Shown here piece after piece: positions 10,158 through 19,390 of a stretch of 32,000 nt of DNA (its first letter is position 1; the number at the start of each line of letters is the position of its first letter). A model generated the notes under the pieces. It was not told where the DNA came from, searched no databases, and saw only the letters and a list, made by a program, of their open reading frames with translations. The stretch is from Staphylothermus marinus F1 (lineage in GTDB: Archaea > Thermoproteota > Thermoprotei_A > Sulfolobales > Desulfurococcaceae). The stretch lies in NCBI RefSeq assembly GCF_000015945.1, contig NC_009033.1, positions 810,001-842,000 on the forward strand, read 5' to 3'. Made by a program: the position numbers and the translations under genes.

Positions 10158-10544
10158 ATGTCTAAACCATTCTATGTAAAATTCGAAGTACCTCCAGAAC
10201 TAGCTGAGAAAGTATATGAAGCAGTTAAAAAGGCTAGAGAGACAGGTGGTAAGATAAAGAAGGGAACAAATGAGACAACAAAAGCTGTTGAAAGAGGAAT
10301 AGCAAAACTAGTGATAATTGCTGAAGACGTTGATCCACCAGAAATAGTTGCTCATCTACCTCTACTCTGCGACGAAAAGAAAATACCATATGTTTATGTC
10401 CCAAGCAAAAAGAGGCTAGGTGAAGCAGCGGGTATAGAGGTAGCTGCAGCTAGCGCTGCAATCATAGACCCAGGCGGTGCTAAAGACTTAGTAGAAGAAA
10501 TTATCAAGCAGGTACAAGAACTAAGAGCAAAGGCAGGAGCCTAA
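10158..10544 (+). CDS. rpl7ae: 50S ribosomal protein L7Ae (K-turn binding protein)
   Basis: [59 protein letters not shown] is near-invariant L7Ae sequence. Confidence 0.95.
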   Translation: MSKPFYVKFEVPPELAEKVYEAVKKARETGGKIKKGTNETTKAVERGIAKLVIIAEDVDPPEIVAHLPLLCDEKKIPYVYVPSKKRLGEAAGIEVAAASAAIIDPGGAKDLVEEIIKQVQELRAKAGA

Positions 10545-10689
10545 TCTCTATTAGGTTATAGATCAAGCTGCATAGGAATAAATAATATAGTTCTTCAATA
10601 ATTTTTTGTAATACTTATCCCTGTTTTCTCATGGAGAATATTTTCTTAATAATTCTGATCAGGATAATTTATTAGTTGAGGAAAAACTT

Positions 10690-10965
10690 TTATCTTCTAC
10701 CGCTTAGTTTCCTAGCTTCTCTCTCTGTTTCTCTAAGTATTAAGATATCTCCTAATCTGACGGGGCCTTTAACATTTCTAGTAATTATTCTTCCTTTATC
10801 TCTTCCCTCTAATACTCTTACGCGAACCTGTATTATTTCCCCAGTTACACCTGTTCTACCAATTATTTGAATTACCTCTGCTGGAAAACCTATTTCTTCG
10901 ATTACGTTTATCTCGGGTTGTTCAGCTACAATCTTTTTCTCTGTTTCCTCACCGCTCAAAATCAA
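10690..10965 (-). CDS. rps28e: 30S ribosomal protein S28e
   Basis: The minus-strand ORF has [64 protein letters not shown] start is preceded by GGTG. Confidence 0.92.
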   Translation of the reverse strand: MILSGEETEKKIVAEQPEINVIEEIGFPAEVIQIIGRTGVTGEIIQVRVRVLEGRDKGRIITRNVKGPVRLGDILILRETEREARKLSGRR

Positions 10966-11145
10966 TACACCTTATATGGCTAGTTGATTTTTATGTTCCG
11001 CTCCAAACAATTAACTATTCAAATTTGGTGTAGGAGATACGTTTTTATAAGGTTTACGATAAAACTTAAAATACTCTACAATTGTATTTTCCCGATAGTG
11101 AAATACTGTAGACAATAAATGCTTATTGGAGTGGTGGAGGAAACA

Positions 11146-11334
11146 ATGCCTCGCATGGTGAGATGTAGTTTCTGTGGACGTGAAATAGAGCCTGGAACAG
11201 GAATAATGTATGTAAAAAATGATGGCTCTATACTATGGTTTTGTAGTCGTAAATGTTACAAGAACTATCTATTGCTAAGAAGAGATCCCAGAAAACTGAA
11301 ATGGACACTTAAATATGGTTCACAAACCAAATAA
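11146..11334 (+). CDS. rpl24e: 50S ribosomal protein L24e
   Basis: [27 protein letters not shown]...FCSRKC zinc-ribbon signature. ATG 11146 follows SD GGTGGAGG; the ORF-track start at 11119 adds 9 non-conserved codons. Confidence 0.9.
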   Translation: MPRMVRCSFCGREIEPGTGIMYVKNDGSILWFCSRKCYKNYLLLRRDPRKLKWTLKYGSQTK

Positions 11335-11355
11335 TCAGTGATTGAGTGATCAAGG

Positions 11356-11781
11356 TTGAATACCGAGAGAACTCTTGTTCTAATCAAACCAGATGGCGTT
11401 AGGAGAGGATTGATTGGAGAAATTATATCCAGATTTGAAAGGAAAGGTTTAAAGATTAAAGCATTAAAAATGCTTCGGCTTACAAGAGAAAAAGCTGAAG
11501 AATTCTATAGTGTTCATAGAGGAAAACCATTCTTCGTATCTCTAATAGAGTTCATGACTTCGGGGCCTATCATCGCCATGATTCTCGAAGGTGATATGGC
11601 TATTAGTGTTGTTAGGAGGATGATCGGACCAACAGATGGTAGAGAAGCTCCTCCTGGAACAATTCGAGGCGACTATTCATTATCTAAATCTCAAAATGTT
11701 GTTCATGCAAGTGATAGTCCTGAAAGTGCTATGAGAGAGATAAGAGTTATTTTCAAAGATGATGAAATAATTGATTGGTAA
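11356..11781 (+). CDS. ndk: Nucleoside diphosphate kinase
   Basis: [31 protein letters not shown]...NVVHASDS (catalytic His context). TTG start. Confidence 0.93.
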   Translation: MNTERTLVLIKPDGVRRGLIGEIISRFERKGLKIKALKMLRLTREKAEEFYSVHRGKPFFVSLIEFMTSGPIIAMILEGDMAISVVRRMIGPTDGREAPPGTIRGDYSLSKSQNVVHASDSPESAMREIRVIFKDDEIIDW

Positions 11782-11791
11782 ATAATTATAT

Positions 11792-13612
11792 TCAGCTACC
11801 AAAAACTAAGCCGTAGAACGGATCTTGTTTCTTCTTGATCTCAATTATTTCTTTAAGAACCATTTTCTCATCATCGCTTAATTCATTTTTGTACTTTGTA
11901 AGCCATAAGTGTACATGTTGTTTAGGTATATCAGTATATAGTATATCTCCTTCATCAACGTGTCTTCCAACAAGTATTCTACCACGAATACTTATAGCAA
12001 CAGATTGACCCGCACGTGCTTCTTTTAATACATTATCTCTATCACGTATTTGCATAATCGTGCCCAGTCTCATACCGTCTTTTCTCATTAATGGATACCC
12101 CGGCTTAATAACTCCGCCAATAACTTCTACTCCAACAATTGCTGGATTACTTCTTCTGAAAATGTAGCCTGGCAATATACGTATTTTACCTGGCCTAATA
12201 AGAGATTCTAGCTCCTTAATTTTTTCTTGTTCGCGAAGCTGTTTAACCCATCCAATATAGTCTTCTATAAGTTTATAGATAACATTGTGTCTAAAGATCT
12301 TAACGTTTTCTCTAGCAGCATACTCTTCAGCTTCAGGGAGTATTTTAACATTAAAAGCTATTATGACTCCGTATTCTGGTCTATGATTCTTTGAAACAGA
12401 AGCTTCTAAAACATCATTTTTAGAAACAGGGCCGACATCTGCTAGTCTAACTGGTATATTTTCTCTCTTTAAAGCTTCGACAACTGCTTCTAGCGTTCCT
12501 AGGGTGTCAGCTTTTACTACAACACCTATGTTATCCGTCTTTATTCTAACGGATTCTATTTCTTCTTTTACGATCTTAATATATTCCTCTATCTTATCCT
12601 CCGAGGGAACAACGAATATTGGTGAGCCAGCAAGCGCGTTATCCAGATCTGGGGCTGAAATCTTTACGCCTGTAGCAGCAACTACTTGTTCGACACTAAC
12701 AAATTTTCCTTCATGTGCTCTCATATCTTGTAGTGGTCTAGGCATTAATAATGCTCTTACCTTTGTAACTATTGGTTTATCTTTGCCTCCAACAACAATA
12801 GTGTCTCCCCTACGTATTACGCCGTCATATATGATTACATCTATTGTTGTTCCAAGACCGGGTTCTTCTTTAACTTCTAAAACAACACCCTTAGCGGGTT
12901 CTTCGCTTGTAACTAGTCTTTTCTTCATAAATCTCTGGACAAGACCAGTTAGTAGAGCTAGTAGTTCTGGAACGCCTTCGCCTGTTTTAGCTGATACAGG
13001 CACTATTGCCACCGTTGTTCTAAAATCTTTTACTCTATCAAATCTTTCAGCCATAAATCCTGCTTCGTAGAGTTGTGAAATAAGCCTATATATTAGTTCT
13101 TCAAGCCTGCTAACAATGCGTGGGTCTTGTTTTCTTATAGTTTCTAAGAATGGTTGATCATGGTTGGGCTTCCAACCTGGAATTCTATCTATTTTATTAG
13201 CTGCTACTATAAAGGGTACTTTTCTTTCTTTCAGTATCTGTATACTTTCCCATGTTTGTGGCTGAAATCCCTCCATTATATCTACTACTAGTATTGCTAT
13301 ATCAGCTACACTACCCCCTCTTCTCCTAAGATTACTGAATAATTCGTGACCCGGAGTGTCGACAAATAATAATCCGGGAATTTCTATTTTAAGCTTTGGA
13401 AAATATTTTTTCAAAGGCTCCGCGACTTTTCTGAGAACAGATGCTGGAACAATACTTGCTCCAACATGCTGGGTTATTTCGCCTGGTTCTTTCTTAGCAA
13501 CAGCTGTTCCCCTGATCTTATCTAATAGAGTCGTCTTACCATGATCAACATGTCCTAGTACAACAACTATTGGTTGCCTAATCCATGATTTTCCGGATTT
13601 AACACTGCTCAT
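11792..13612 (-). CDS. infB: Translation initiation factor aIF5B (IF-2 homologue)
   Basis: G-domain [30 protein letters not shown], plus the long C-terminal beta-barrel domains. I prefer ATG 13612 (SD GGTGA, 8-nt spacer); the ORF-track GTG at 13624 lies inside that SD. Confidence 0.92.
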   Translation of the reverse strand: MSSVKSGKSWIRQPIVVVLGHVDHGKTTLLDKIRGTAVAKKEPGEITQHVGASIVPASVLRKVAEPLKKYFPKLKIEIPGLLFVDTPGHELFSNLRRRGGSVADIAILVVDIMEGFQPQTWESIQILKERKVPFIVAANKIDRIPGWKPNHDQPFLETIRKQDPRIVSRLEELIYRLISQLYEAGFMAERFDRVKDFRTTVAIVPVSAKTGEGVPELLALLTGLVQRFMKKRLVTSEEPAKGVVLEVKEEPGLGTTIDVIIYDGVIRRGDTIVVGGKDKPIVTKVRALLMPRPLQDMRAHEGKFVSVEQVVAATGVKISAPDLDNALAGSPIFVVPSEDKIEEYIKIVKEEIESVRIKTDNIGVVVKADTLGTLEAVVEALKRENIPVRLADVGPVSKNDVLEASVSKNHRPEYGVIIAFNVKILPEAEEYAARENVKIFRHNVIYKLIEDYIGWVKQLREQEKIKELESLIRPGKIRILPGYIFRRSNPAIVGVEVIGGVIKPGYPLMRKDGMRLGTIMQIRDRDNVLKEARAGQSVAISIRGRILVGRHVDEGDILYTDIPKQHVHLWLTKYKNELSDDEKMVLKEIIEIKKKQDPFYGLVFGS

Positions 13613-13802
13613 ATCGTTGCTCACCTTTTTCTCCCTAAATGCTTATTTTCTTCATTTGTGTTTATGGATTAGTTGCTTATTGAAATTACCGCATATACCA
13701 TGATAAATGGTTTTTCAAACAATACATTATTAATTTCTCTTAATCAGCAATATTCGAAAACTATAGAAACCTTTAAAACAATGGTTAATAAATAATTGTG
13801 GG

Positions 13803-13877
13803 GTGTTATACAGGGGTAGAAACAGTATTTAATGCTTAAAACTATAGCTCTAAAAGGTTTAACCCCCTGTATAACAC
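13803..13877. repeat. 14-bp perfect inverted repeat (GTGTTATACAGGGG / CCCCTGTATAACAC) with a 47-nt spacer in the aIF5B-S6e divergent intergenic region
   Basis: The arms at 13803-13816 and 13864-13877 are exact reverse complements. A second small hairpin, CCACC(13883-13887)/GGTGG(13896-13900), follows and abuts the S6e SD. Confidence 0.9.
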
Positions 13878-13914
13878 AGTATCCACCGGGAAACTGGTGG
13901 TGGGGTGTATATAG

Positions 13915-14565
13915 ATGGCTGATTTCAAAATCGTAATATCCGATCCCCAGGCTCCAAAAGAAGAAACTGTTGTAAAAGTTAAAGTAGTAGGAGATCCAGA
14001 AATAAAGTTTGATGAGAATGTGAAGGAAGGATTCGAACTACCAATATTGAAGATGAATAGTAAAACAGCTGAGAAAATAAAAGCAGTTCATGGAGTAGCA
14101 ACTATAAGAATGTATAAGCCTGGCACTAAAGACAAAGTTAAAATTACTGGAAAAATTATTGTGGATGATAATATTCCAGAAAATGAAGTTAGAGTGAATG
14201 CTGAACAACTAGTCAATGCTACTGGTACGAACGAGCTGGAAGGAGAACTCTTCAGAGCTAGAGCATGGCAGATTAGAATAAATGATGATAGAACAAAACT
14301 GCTTATAGGATTAAAAATTGGAGACGAATTTGACGGCTCAATTGTAGGGCTTAAAAACGTTAAGTTAAAGATAAGGGGTGGAAGCGATAATAGCGGTTTT
14401 CCTATGAGACCAGATGTGATGGGTGGCGTGAAGAAGAGAGTGTTATTATCTGGTCCTCCAGGCTTCCATCCGAGAGAGAAGGGAGAACGTAGAAGAAAAA
14501 TGATTCGAGGAAATACTATCACTGAAGATATTGTCCAGATCAATACAGTAATTAAATATGTTTAA
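13915..14565 (+). CDS. rps6e: 30S ribosomal protein S6e
   Basis: 216-aa [33 protein letters not shown]...RRRKMIRGN is the S6e signature, and the long crenarchaeal form is expected. Confidence 0.9.
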   Translation: MADFKIVISDPQAPKEETVVKVKVVGDPEIKFDENVKEGFELPILKMNSKTAEKIKAVHGVATIRMYKPGTKDKVKITGKIIVDDNIPENEVRVNAEQLVNATGTNELEGELFRARAWQIRINDDRTKLLIGLKIGDEFDGSIVGLKNVKLKIRGGSDNSGFPMRPDVMGGVKKRVLLSGPPGFHPREKGERRRKMIRGNTITEDIVQINTVIKYV

Positions 14566-14648
14566 GAATAATATTGTTTATTAAAGAACATTGTTTTTGT
14601 TTTCCAATATTTTCCCTAGCATTATTGATTTGGAGGTGTATATGTATA

Positions 14649-15902
14649 TTGCCTTGGAAGATGAAACAGCCTGAAGTAAACATTGGTGTTGTAGGACATG
14701 TTGATCATGGTAAGACAACGCTTGTACAGGCATTAACAGGCATATGGACAGCCAAGCATAGTGAAGAATTGAAAAGAGGAATGACCATCCGTTTAGGATA
14801 CGCCGATGGAAACATAGCATACTGTGAAAACCTAGAACCCCCCGAAGCATATACTACTGAACAAATATGCCCTGATGGTTCAGAATCGAAACTTCTGAGA
14901 AGAGTCAGCTATGTTGATGCGCCGGGACATGAAGCTTTGATGGCAACTATGCTTAGTGGAGCAGCATTAATGGATGGAGCATTACTTGTAATAGCAGCTA
15001 ATGAGCCTTGTCCACAGCCCCAGACACTAGAGCACTTCGTAGCCCTTGACATCATTGGTGTTAGGAACCTAGTAATTGTTCAGAACAAGATAGATGTAGT
15101 ATCTAAGGAAAGAGCATTGGAAAACTATAGGGAAATAAAAAAGTTTGTAAAGGGGACATGGGCTGAAAATGCACCAATAATCCCGGTTAGTGCACTACAC
15201 AAAGCCAACATAGATGCTCTACTACAAGCGATGCAAGAGGAAATACCAACTCCTAAAAGAGACTTGTCTAAACCTCCATTAATGTATGTAGCTAGAAGCT
15301 TTGATGTGAACAAGCCAGGGACAAGGCCTGAGGATTTAAAGGGAGGGGTTATTGGAGGTTCGTTGATGCAGGGTGTTCTACGAGTAGGTGATGAAATTGA
15401 GATTAGGCCTGGAATCAGAGTACCTATAGGGGGAGGTAAGGGTAGATACAGATATGAACCAATTATCAGCGAAGTGGTTAGTTTAAAATTCGGTAATTTA
15501 AGTGTAGAAGAAGCTAAGCCCGGAGGATTATTAGCTATAGGTACAAAGCTTGATCCATCCCTTACAAAATCAGATGCATTAATCGGTAACATAGTTGGAA
15601 AACCAGGCCATCTACCACCTGTAACAACCCATATTAAGGCTCGTTATAAGCTCCTACAAAGAGTTGTTGGAATGAAGGAAATGATCCAGACTAAACCAAT
15701 TAGCAGAGGAGAAGTAGTTGTTATAACAGCAGGTACAGCTATTCGTGTAGGAATAGTTCGTAATGTAACAAGCGATACTATAGAGATAAATCTTAGAGAC
15801 CCCATTGTCGCGTGGGAGGGCTCTAGAATAGCTATCAGTAGAAGAGTTCTTGGAAGATGGAGACTAGCTGGATGGGGTATTGTAGAAGAAGTATCAAGCT
15901 AA
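14649..15902 (+). CDS. eif2g: Translation initiation factor aIF2 gamma subunit
   Basis: [36 protein letters not shown] and a zinc-knuckle region. TTG 14649 is preferred: SD GGAGGTG sits at 14632-14638 with a 10-nt spacer. It gives [11 protein letters not shown], resembling the Sulfolobus MAWPKVQPEVN N-terminus as I recall it. The ORF-track start at 14574 adds a Cys/Phe-rich artefactual extension. Confidence 0.92.
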   Translation: MPWKMKQPEVNIGVVGHVDHGKTTLVQALTGIWTAKHSEELKRGMTIRLGYADGNIAYCENLEPPEAYTTEQICPDGSESKLLRRVSYVDAPGHEALMATMLSGAALMDGALLVIAANEPCPQPQTLEHFVALDIIGVRNLVIVQNKIDVVSKERALENYREIKKFVKGTWAENAPIIPVSALHKANIDALLQAMQEEIPTPKRDLSKPPLMYVARSFDVNKPGTRPEDLKGGVIGGSLMQGVLRVGDEIEIRPGIRVPIGGGKGRYRYEPIISEVVSLKFGNLSVEEAKPGGLLAIGTKLDPSLTKSDALIGNIVGKPGHLPPVTTHIKARYKLLQRVVGMKEMIQTKPISRGEVVVITAGTAIRVGIVRNVTSDTIEINLRDPIVAWEGSRIAISRRVLGRWRLAGWGIVEEVSS

Positions 15903-15921
15903 GAACGAGGGCATAAATATT

Positions 15922-16332
15922 TTGCCTAAGAAGCCTTTAATTTTACTAGATACAAATATGTTACTATTAATTGCCGATGGAATCAATGTTTTTGAACAAA
16001 TAGAAGAAAAAATCTTGGCAAAACCAGAATACATTGTTTTAAAACCAGTCATTGAAGAACTAGAAAAAATAATGAACAAGGGAAACCCATCTCTTCGTAG
16101 AAAAGCAAGATTCGCACTAGAAATCGCTAAGAAATTCTGTAAAATAGTAGATATTAGAACAATGCCGGGAGAAAAAGTAGATGATCTACTTATCAGGTAT
16201 GCTATGCAAAACAATGCCGCAGTAGCAACCAATGATAGAGAACTGAGAAAAAAGCTGCGAGAAAAAGGTATTCCAGAGATCTATCTTAGAGAAGAAGGTA
16301 TGATTATAGAGGTTGAAGGCTTAGAAATATAA
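15922..16332 (+). CDS. PIN-domain protein, Fcf1/Utp24-like (COG1412-type)
   Basis: LLDTNMLL...(acidic residues)...ATNDRELRKKLREKGIPEIYLR is the PIN fold. The conserved position next to aIF2-gamma is from memory of archaeal neighbourhoods. Confidence 0.72.
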   Translation: MPKKPLILLDTNMLLLIADGINVFEQIEEKILAKPEYIVLKPVIEELEKIMNKGNPSLRRKARFALEIAKKFCKIVDIRTMPGEKVDDLLIRYAMQNNAAVATNDRELRKKLREKGIPEIYLREEGMIIEVEGLEI

Positions 16333-16445
16333 ATTAACAGTTATTTCATAATAGCTAAGAATATTAGGTGGAAACATTATTTATCTATGAATCAGCGAAT
16401 ATTGTTTTATGTAAGATGCTTATATAGTGTTAACGGTGCTAGAAA

Positions 16446-17003
16446 ATGGTTTATAGACTGTATAGAATAAGAGACGTTGTAAGAATTCCTCCGGAAAAAT
16501 TCAATAAACCATTAGAGGAAGCAGCATGGGAAGAGTTGAGACAATCATATGAAGGAATGATCACTAAAAACCTAGGCATTATTGTTACTGTTCTAGATGT
16601 AAAGGTTGATCCACAGGGTAAAGTAATACCGGGGGATGGAGCAACGTATCATAAAGCAGAATTCACTGTTCTAGCATTCTACCCATTCATTAAAGAAGTT
16701 GTAGAGGGAAGAATAAATACTGTCCTAGCACATGGAGCTTTCGTTGATCTAGGTGCATCAGATGGATTCATATATATTAATCAAATAAGTGATGAGAAAA
16801 TAGATTATGATCCAACAAGACCGGCACTAATACTTAGAGAATCTAGGAGAATGCTTGAAAGAGGAGATGCTGTTAGAGCTAGAGTATATAATGTAGCCCC
16901 ACTACCAGGTAAGGGATTAAGAGTACAATTAACTATGAGACAACCATTTCTCGGAAAAATAGAATGGATTAAGAAAGAAATTGAGAAACAAAAGAGGAGT
17001 TGA
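16446..17003 (+). CDS. rpoE1: DNA-directed RNA polymerase subunit E' (Rpo7)
   Basis: MVYRLYRIRDVVRIPPEKF N-terminus and a C-terminal S1 domain (GRINTVLAHGAFVDLG...GDAVRARV). Confidence 0.88.
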   Translation: MVYRLYRIRDVVRIPPEKFNKPLEEAAWEELRQSYEGMITKNLGIIVTVLDVKVDPQGKVIPGDGATYHKAEFTVLAFYPFIKEVVEGRINTVLAHGAFVDLGASDGFIYINQISDEKIDYDPTRPALILRESRRMLERGDAVRARVYNVAPLPGKGLRVQLTMRQPFLGKIEWIKKEIEKQKRS

Positions 17004-17008
17004 TAAAA

Positions 17009-17215
17009 ATGCCTGTGAGAGGGAAGCCTTTCAAAGCATGTAGGAGATGTAAAGCATTAGTTGATAAAAACGCTACTGAATGCCCATATTGTGGCTCGAG
17101 AGATTTAACGGAAGATTGGGATGGAATAATCATCATAATAGATCCGGAGAGTTCTGAAATAGCTAAAATACTAGGGTTCACAAAGCCCGGTAGATATGCT
17201 ATAAAGGTAACCTAA
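17009..17215 (+). CDS. spt4: Transcription elongation factor Spt4 (formerly RpoE'')
   Basis: KACRRCKALV...CPYCGS zinc ribbon followed by WDGIIIIIDPESSEIAK, immediately after Rpo7. ATG 17009 is preferred over the TTG at 17000. Confidence 0.85.
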   Translation: MPVRGKPFKACRRCKALVDKNATECPYCGSRDLTEDWDGIIIIIDPESSEIAKILGFTKPGRYAIKVT

Positions 17216-17224
17216 TGATCAACG

Positions 17225-17707
17225 ATGAAGAGCAAATTCATAGTTCCTGTTTTAAAGCCGGAGTCTTATCTAAGAAAAATCCTCAGCACTCCTCAAGGCA
17301 TATTATATATTGGGAAATACCCTATAAAAGACCTCGAAGCCCACATCTTAGTTGGAGATATTGTTTCTAATACGTTAAGAGGAAACATAAAAATAATAGA
17401 TTATAAGACACGTAGGCACATAAATATTAAACCTATAATTAATGAGCCGCTTACAAACCTTGTTAATCCCAGGGGAACTATGAGCTTAATGTCTAGAACT
17501 ATTGCTAAAGCAAAAAACTATAGAACAATAATTGTTAAAGGAGAAGAGGACCTAGTCACACTAGCTTATGCACTAGAAAATGAAGAAACAAGTATAGCTT
17601 ATGGACAACCAGATATAGGTGTAGTAATTATAAAAAGCAATCGTCTCAAAGCTTTAAGAATACTTAAAACATTTAAACCAGATATAGTTGTCTATAATAA
17701 GGTCTAG
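17225..17707 (+). CDS. DUF359 family protein (GTP-dependent dephospho-CoA kinase type)
   Basis: VGDIVSNTL...IIDYKTRR...VKGEEDLVTLAYAL...IAYGQPDIGVVII matches the COG1909/DUF359 pattern. The functional assignment follows the characterised Thermococcus enzyme. Confidence 0.72.
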   Translation: MKSKFIVPVLKPESYLRKILSTPQGILYIGKYPIKDLEAHILVGDIVSNTLRGNIKIIDYKTRRHINIKPIINEPLTNLVNPRGTMSLMSRTIAKAKNYRTIIVKGEEDLVTLAYALENEETSIAYGQPDIGVVIIKSNRLKALRILKTFKPDIVVYNKV

Positions 17708-17753
17708 AAATAAAAGTATTCGAGAAAAACAATGTTGAGGAGCGTGCATAGCT

Positions 17754-18110
17754 TTGGGTAAAACAGTTAAGATCGGAGAATTTACGGGAGAAATAGTTGT
17801 TGACAAGTATAATCCCCTAGTTAAAAGGAGAGAAGTAGTTATTAGAATAGCTCATATAGGAAAAAGTACTCCTTCAAGAGGGCTTATCAGGCATGAAACC
17901 GCTAAAATATATGGTGTGGAAGTCGAGAAAGTCTATGTTCGAGAAATTAATACAGAATATGGATTAGGAGTTTCAAACGCTACGATACATATATATGATA
18001 GTGTCGAGAGAGCAAAGCAATTCGAGCCCCCATATGTTATTAAGAGAAACGAATATGCTTCTCAATCTTATCAGTTAGAACAAATGATGAAAGAACAAGG
18101 GATGGGGTGA
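17754..18110 (+). CDS. rps24e: 30S ribosomal protein S24e
   Basis: NPLVKRREVVIRIAHIGKSTPSRGLIRHETAKIYGVE is the S24e core. TTG start (an in-frame stop lies 3 nt upstream). Confidence 0.87.
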   Translation: MGKTVKIGEFTGEIVVDKYNPLVKRREVVIRIAHIGKSTPSRGLIRHETAKIYGVEVEKVYVREINTEYGLGVSNATIHIYDSVERAKQFEPPYVIKRNEYASQSYQLEQMMKEQGMG

Positions 18111-18115
18111 GCTAA

Positions 18116-18280
18116 ATGGCACATGTTCACAAACTCTATATATTCGACTATAAAACCGGGACAATAAAGCCTAAAAACAAGAAATGCCCTAAATGCGGTA
18201 GCTTTATGGCGTTCCATAAGAAGCCTGTGCCTAGATGGCATTGTGGCAAATGTGGATACGTAGAATATGTACATGAATAA
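18116..18280 (+). CDS. rps27ae: 30S ribosomal protein S27ae (54 aa; below the ORF-track length cut-off)
   Basis: Hand translation gives [54 protein letters not shown], with a CPKCG...CGKCG zinc ribbon. S24e-S27ae adjacency is canonical in archaea. Confidence 0.85.
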   Translation: MAHVHKLYIFDYKTGTIKPKNKKCPKCGSFMAFHKKPVPRWHCGKCGYVEYVHE

Positions 18281-18331
18281 ATAGTATACATTGTTTCAAC
18301 TAAGAAATAGAATTGTTAACATGTTTTTAAC

Positions 18332-19390
18332 ATGAAACCAGCTAGTGTGGAATACATGGAGAACATAATAGTTTTGGGAATAGAGTCTACGAGCCACACC
18401 TTTGGAGTAGGAATAGTAAAGTATGTTTCCTCCATTAATGAGACACGTATCCTAGCGAATACATATGATAAATATATCCCGGAAAAAGGCGGTATACATC
18501 CTAGAGAAGCGGCTCTACATCATGCAAGGGTGGCAGCTAAGGTATTAAGCGATGCTCTTCAAAAAGCTAATATAAGTATGAGAGATGTCTCGGCGATAGC
18601 TGTAGCATTAGGGCCTGGTCTAGGCCCATGTTTGAGGGTTGGAGCATCACTTGCTAGATTTCTATCGTCTTATTATAATATACCATTGATACCTGTAAAT
18701 CATGCTGTAGCACATATTGAAATAGGCAAGTTCTTATTTGGTTTTAAAGATCCATTAATAATATATGTTTCCGGCGGCAATACATTAATCGCTATTCAGA
18801 GGAAAAAACGATACCGTATCCTGGGAGAAACACTCGATATACCCATAGGAAATTTACTAGATACTTTTGCGAGAGAAATAGGTTTAGCGCCTCCATATAT
18901 TGTTAATGGAAAACACCAAGTAGATATATGTGCTGAATGGGGAAGCGAGTTTATATCGTTACCCTACACAGTCAAGGGAAGTGATCTAAGTTTTTCAGGA
19001 TTATTAACAGCAGCTCTAAGCCTAGCTGAGAAATACATAGATAACAAGAAAAAACTTGGCAATGTATGTTTAAGTCTTAGAGAAACAGCTTTCAACATGT
19101 TGGTAGAGGTTGCTGAGAGATCACTTGTATTAGCTGGTAAGAAAGAAGTACTTCTAGTAGGAGGCGTTGCTTCTAATAAGGTTTTAAGAAAAAAACTAGA
19201 GTTAATGGCTTCTCTACATGGAGCAAAATATGCTGGAACACCACCAGAGTATTCTGGAGATAATGGAGCTATGATAGCGTATACGGGTCTGCTAGGATAC
19301 TTACACAATGTAATAGTAGAGCCAAGAAAAGCCTTTGTTAGACAACGATGGCGCTTAGACGAGGTTGAATTGCCTTGGATACAGGATTAA
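18332..19390 (+). CDS. kae1: KEOPS subunit Kae1 (tRNA N6-threonylcarbamoyladenosine transferase)
   Basis: LGIESTSHTFGVGIV, HHARVA, NHAVAHIE, YVSGGNT and GDNGAMIAYTG are ASKHA-fold Kae1/TsaD motifs. The true start may be ATG 18356 (MENIIVLGIEST...). Confidence 0.92.
   Translation: MKPASVEYMENIIVLGIESTSHTFGVGIVKYVSSINETRILANTYDKYIPEKGGIHPREAALHHARVAAKVLSDALQKANISMRDVSAIAVALGPGLGPCLRVGASLARFLSSYYNIPLIPVNHAVAHIEIGKFLFGFKDPLIIYVSGGNTLIAIQRKKRYRILGETLDIPIGNLLDTFAREIGLAPPYIVNGKHQVDICAEWGSEFISLPYTVKGSDLSFSGLLTAALSLAEKYIDNKKKLGNVCLSLRETAFNMLVEVAERSLVLAGKKEVLLVGGVASNKVLRKKLELMASLHGAKYAGTPPEYSGDNGAMIAYTGLLGYLHNVIVEPRKAFVRQRWRLDEVELPWIQD

Noticed and set aside
10100-10160. Possible autoregulatory K-turn in the L7Ae 5' leader (GGATGAA next to the start codon; CAGA/CGA/CGAA upstream).
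   Set aside because: L7Ae leader K-turns are known in some archaea. Here, however, I could not pair a C-stem of more than 2 bp around tandem G-A candidates, so there is no supportable structure.
10998-11007. 10-nt identity (CCGCTCCAAA) between the D' guide of the 31362 sRNA candidate and the rps28e upstream region, implying complementarity to a minus-strand transcript.
   Set aside because: The match is only 10 of 12 nt, a level expected by chance when several guides are compared with 64 kb of two-strand sequence. The site also lies upstream of the likely rps28e TATA box, so it is probably not transcribed on that strand.
13995-14075. C/D-box-like string inside rps6e: TTGATGA-12 nt-AGGA...AGATGAA-11 nt-CTGA.
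   Set aside because: It lies within a well-conserved CDS. The D'-C' spacer (19 nt) is too long and box C has a non-purine first base. GATGA strings arise readily from Asp-Glu codons.
14642-14674. 10-codon uORF ([10 protein letters not shown]) right after the GGAGGTG SD, overlapping the aIF2-gamma start region.
   Set aside because: The SD-to-ATG spacing is only 3 nt, which is too short. The same SD is ideally spaced for the in-frame TTG at 14649 of aIF2-gamma itself.
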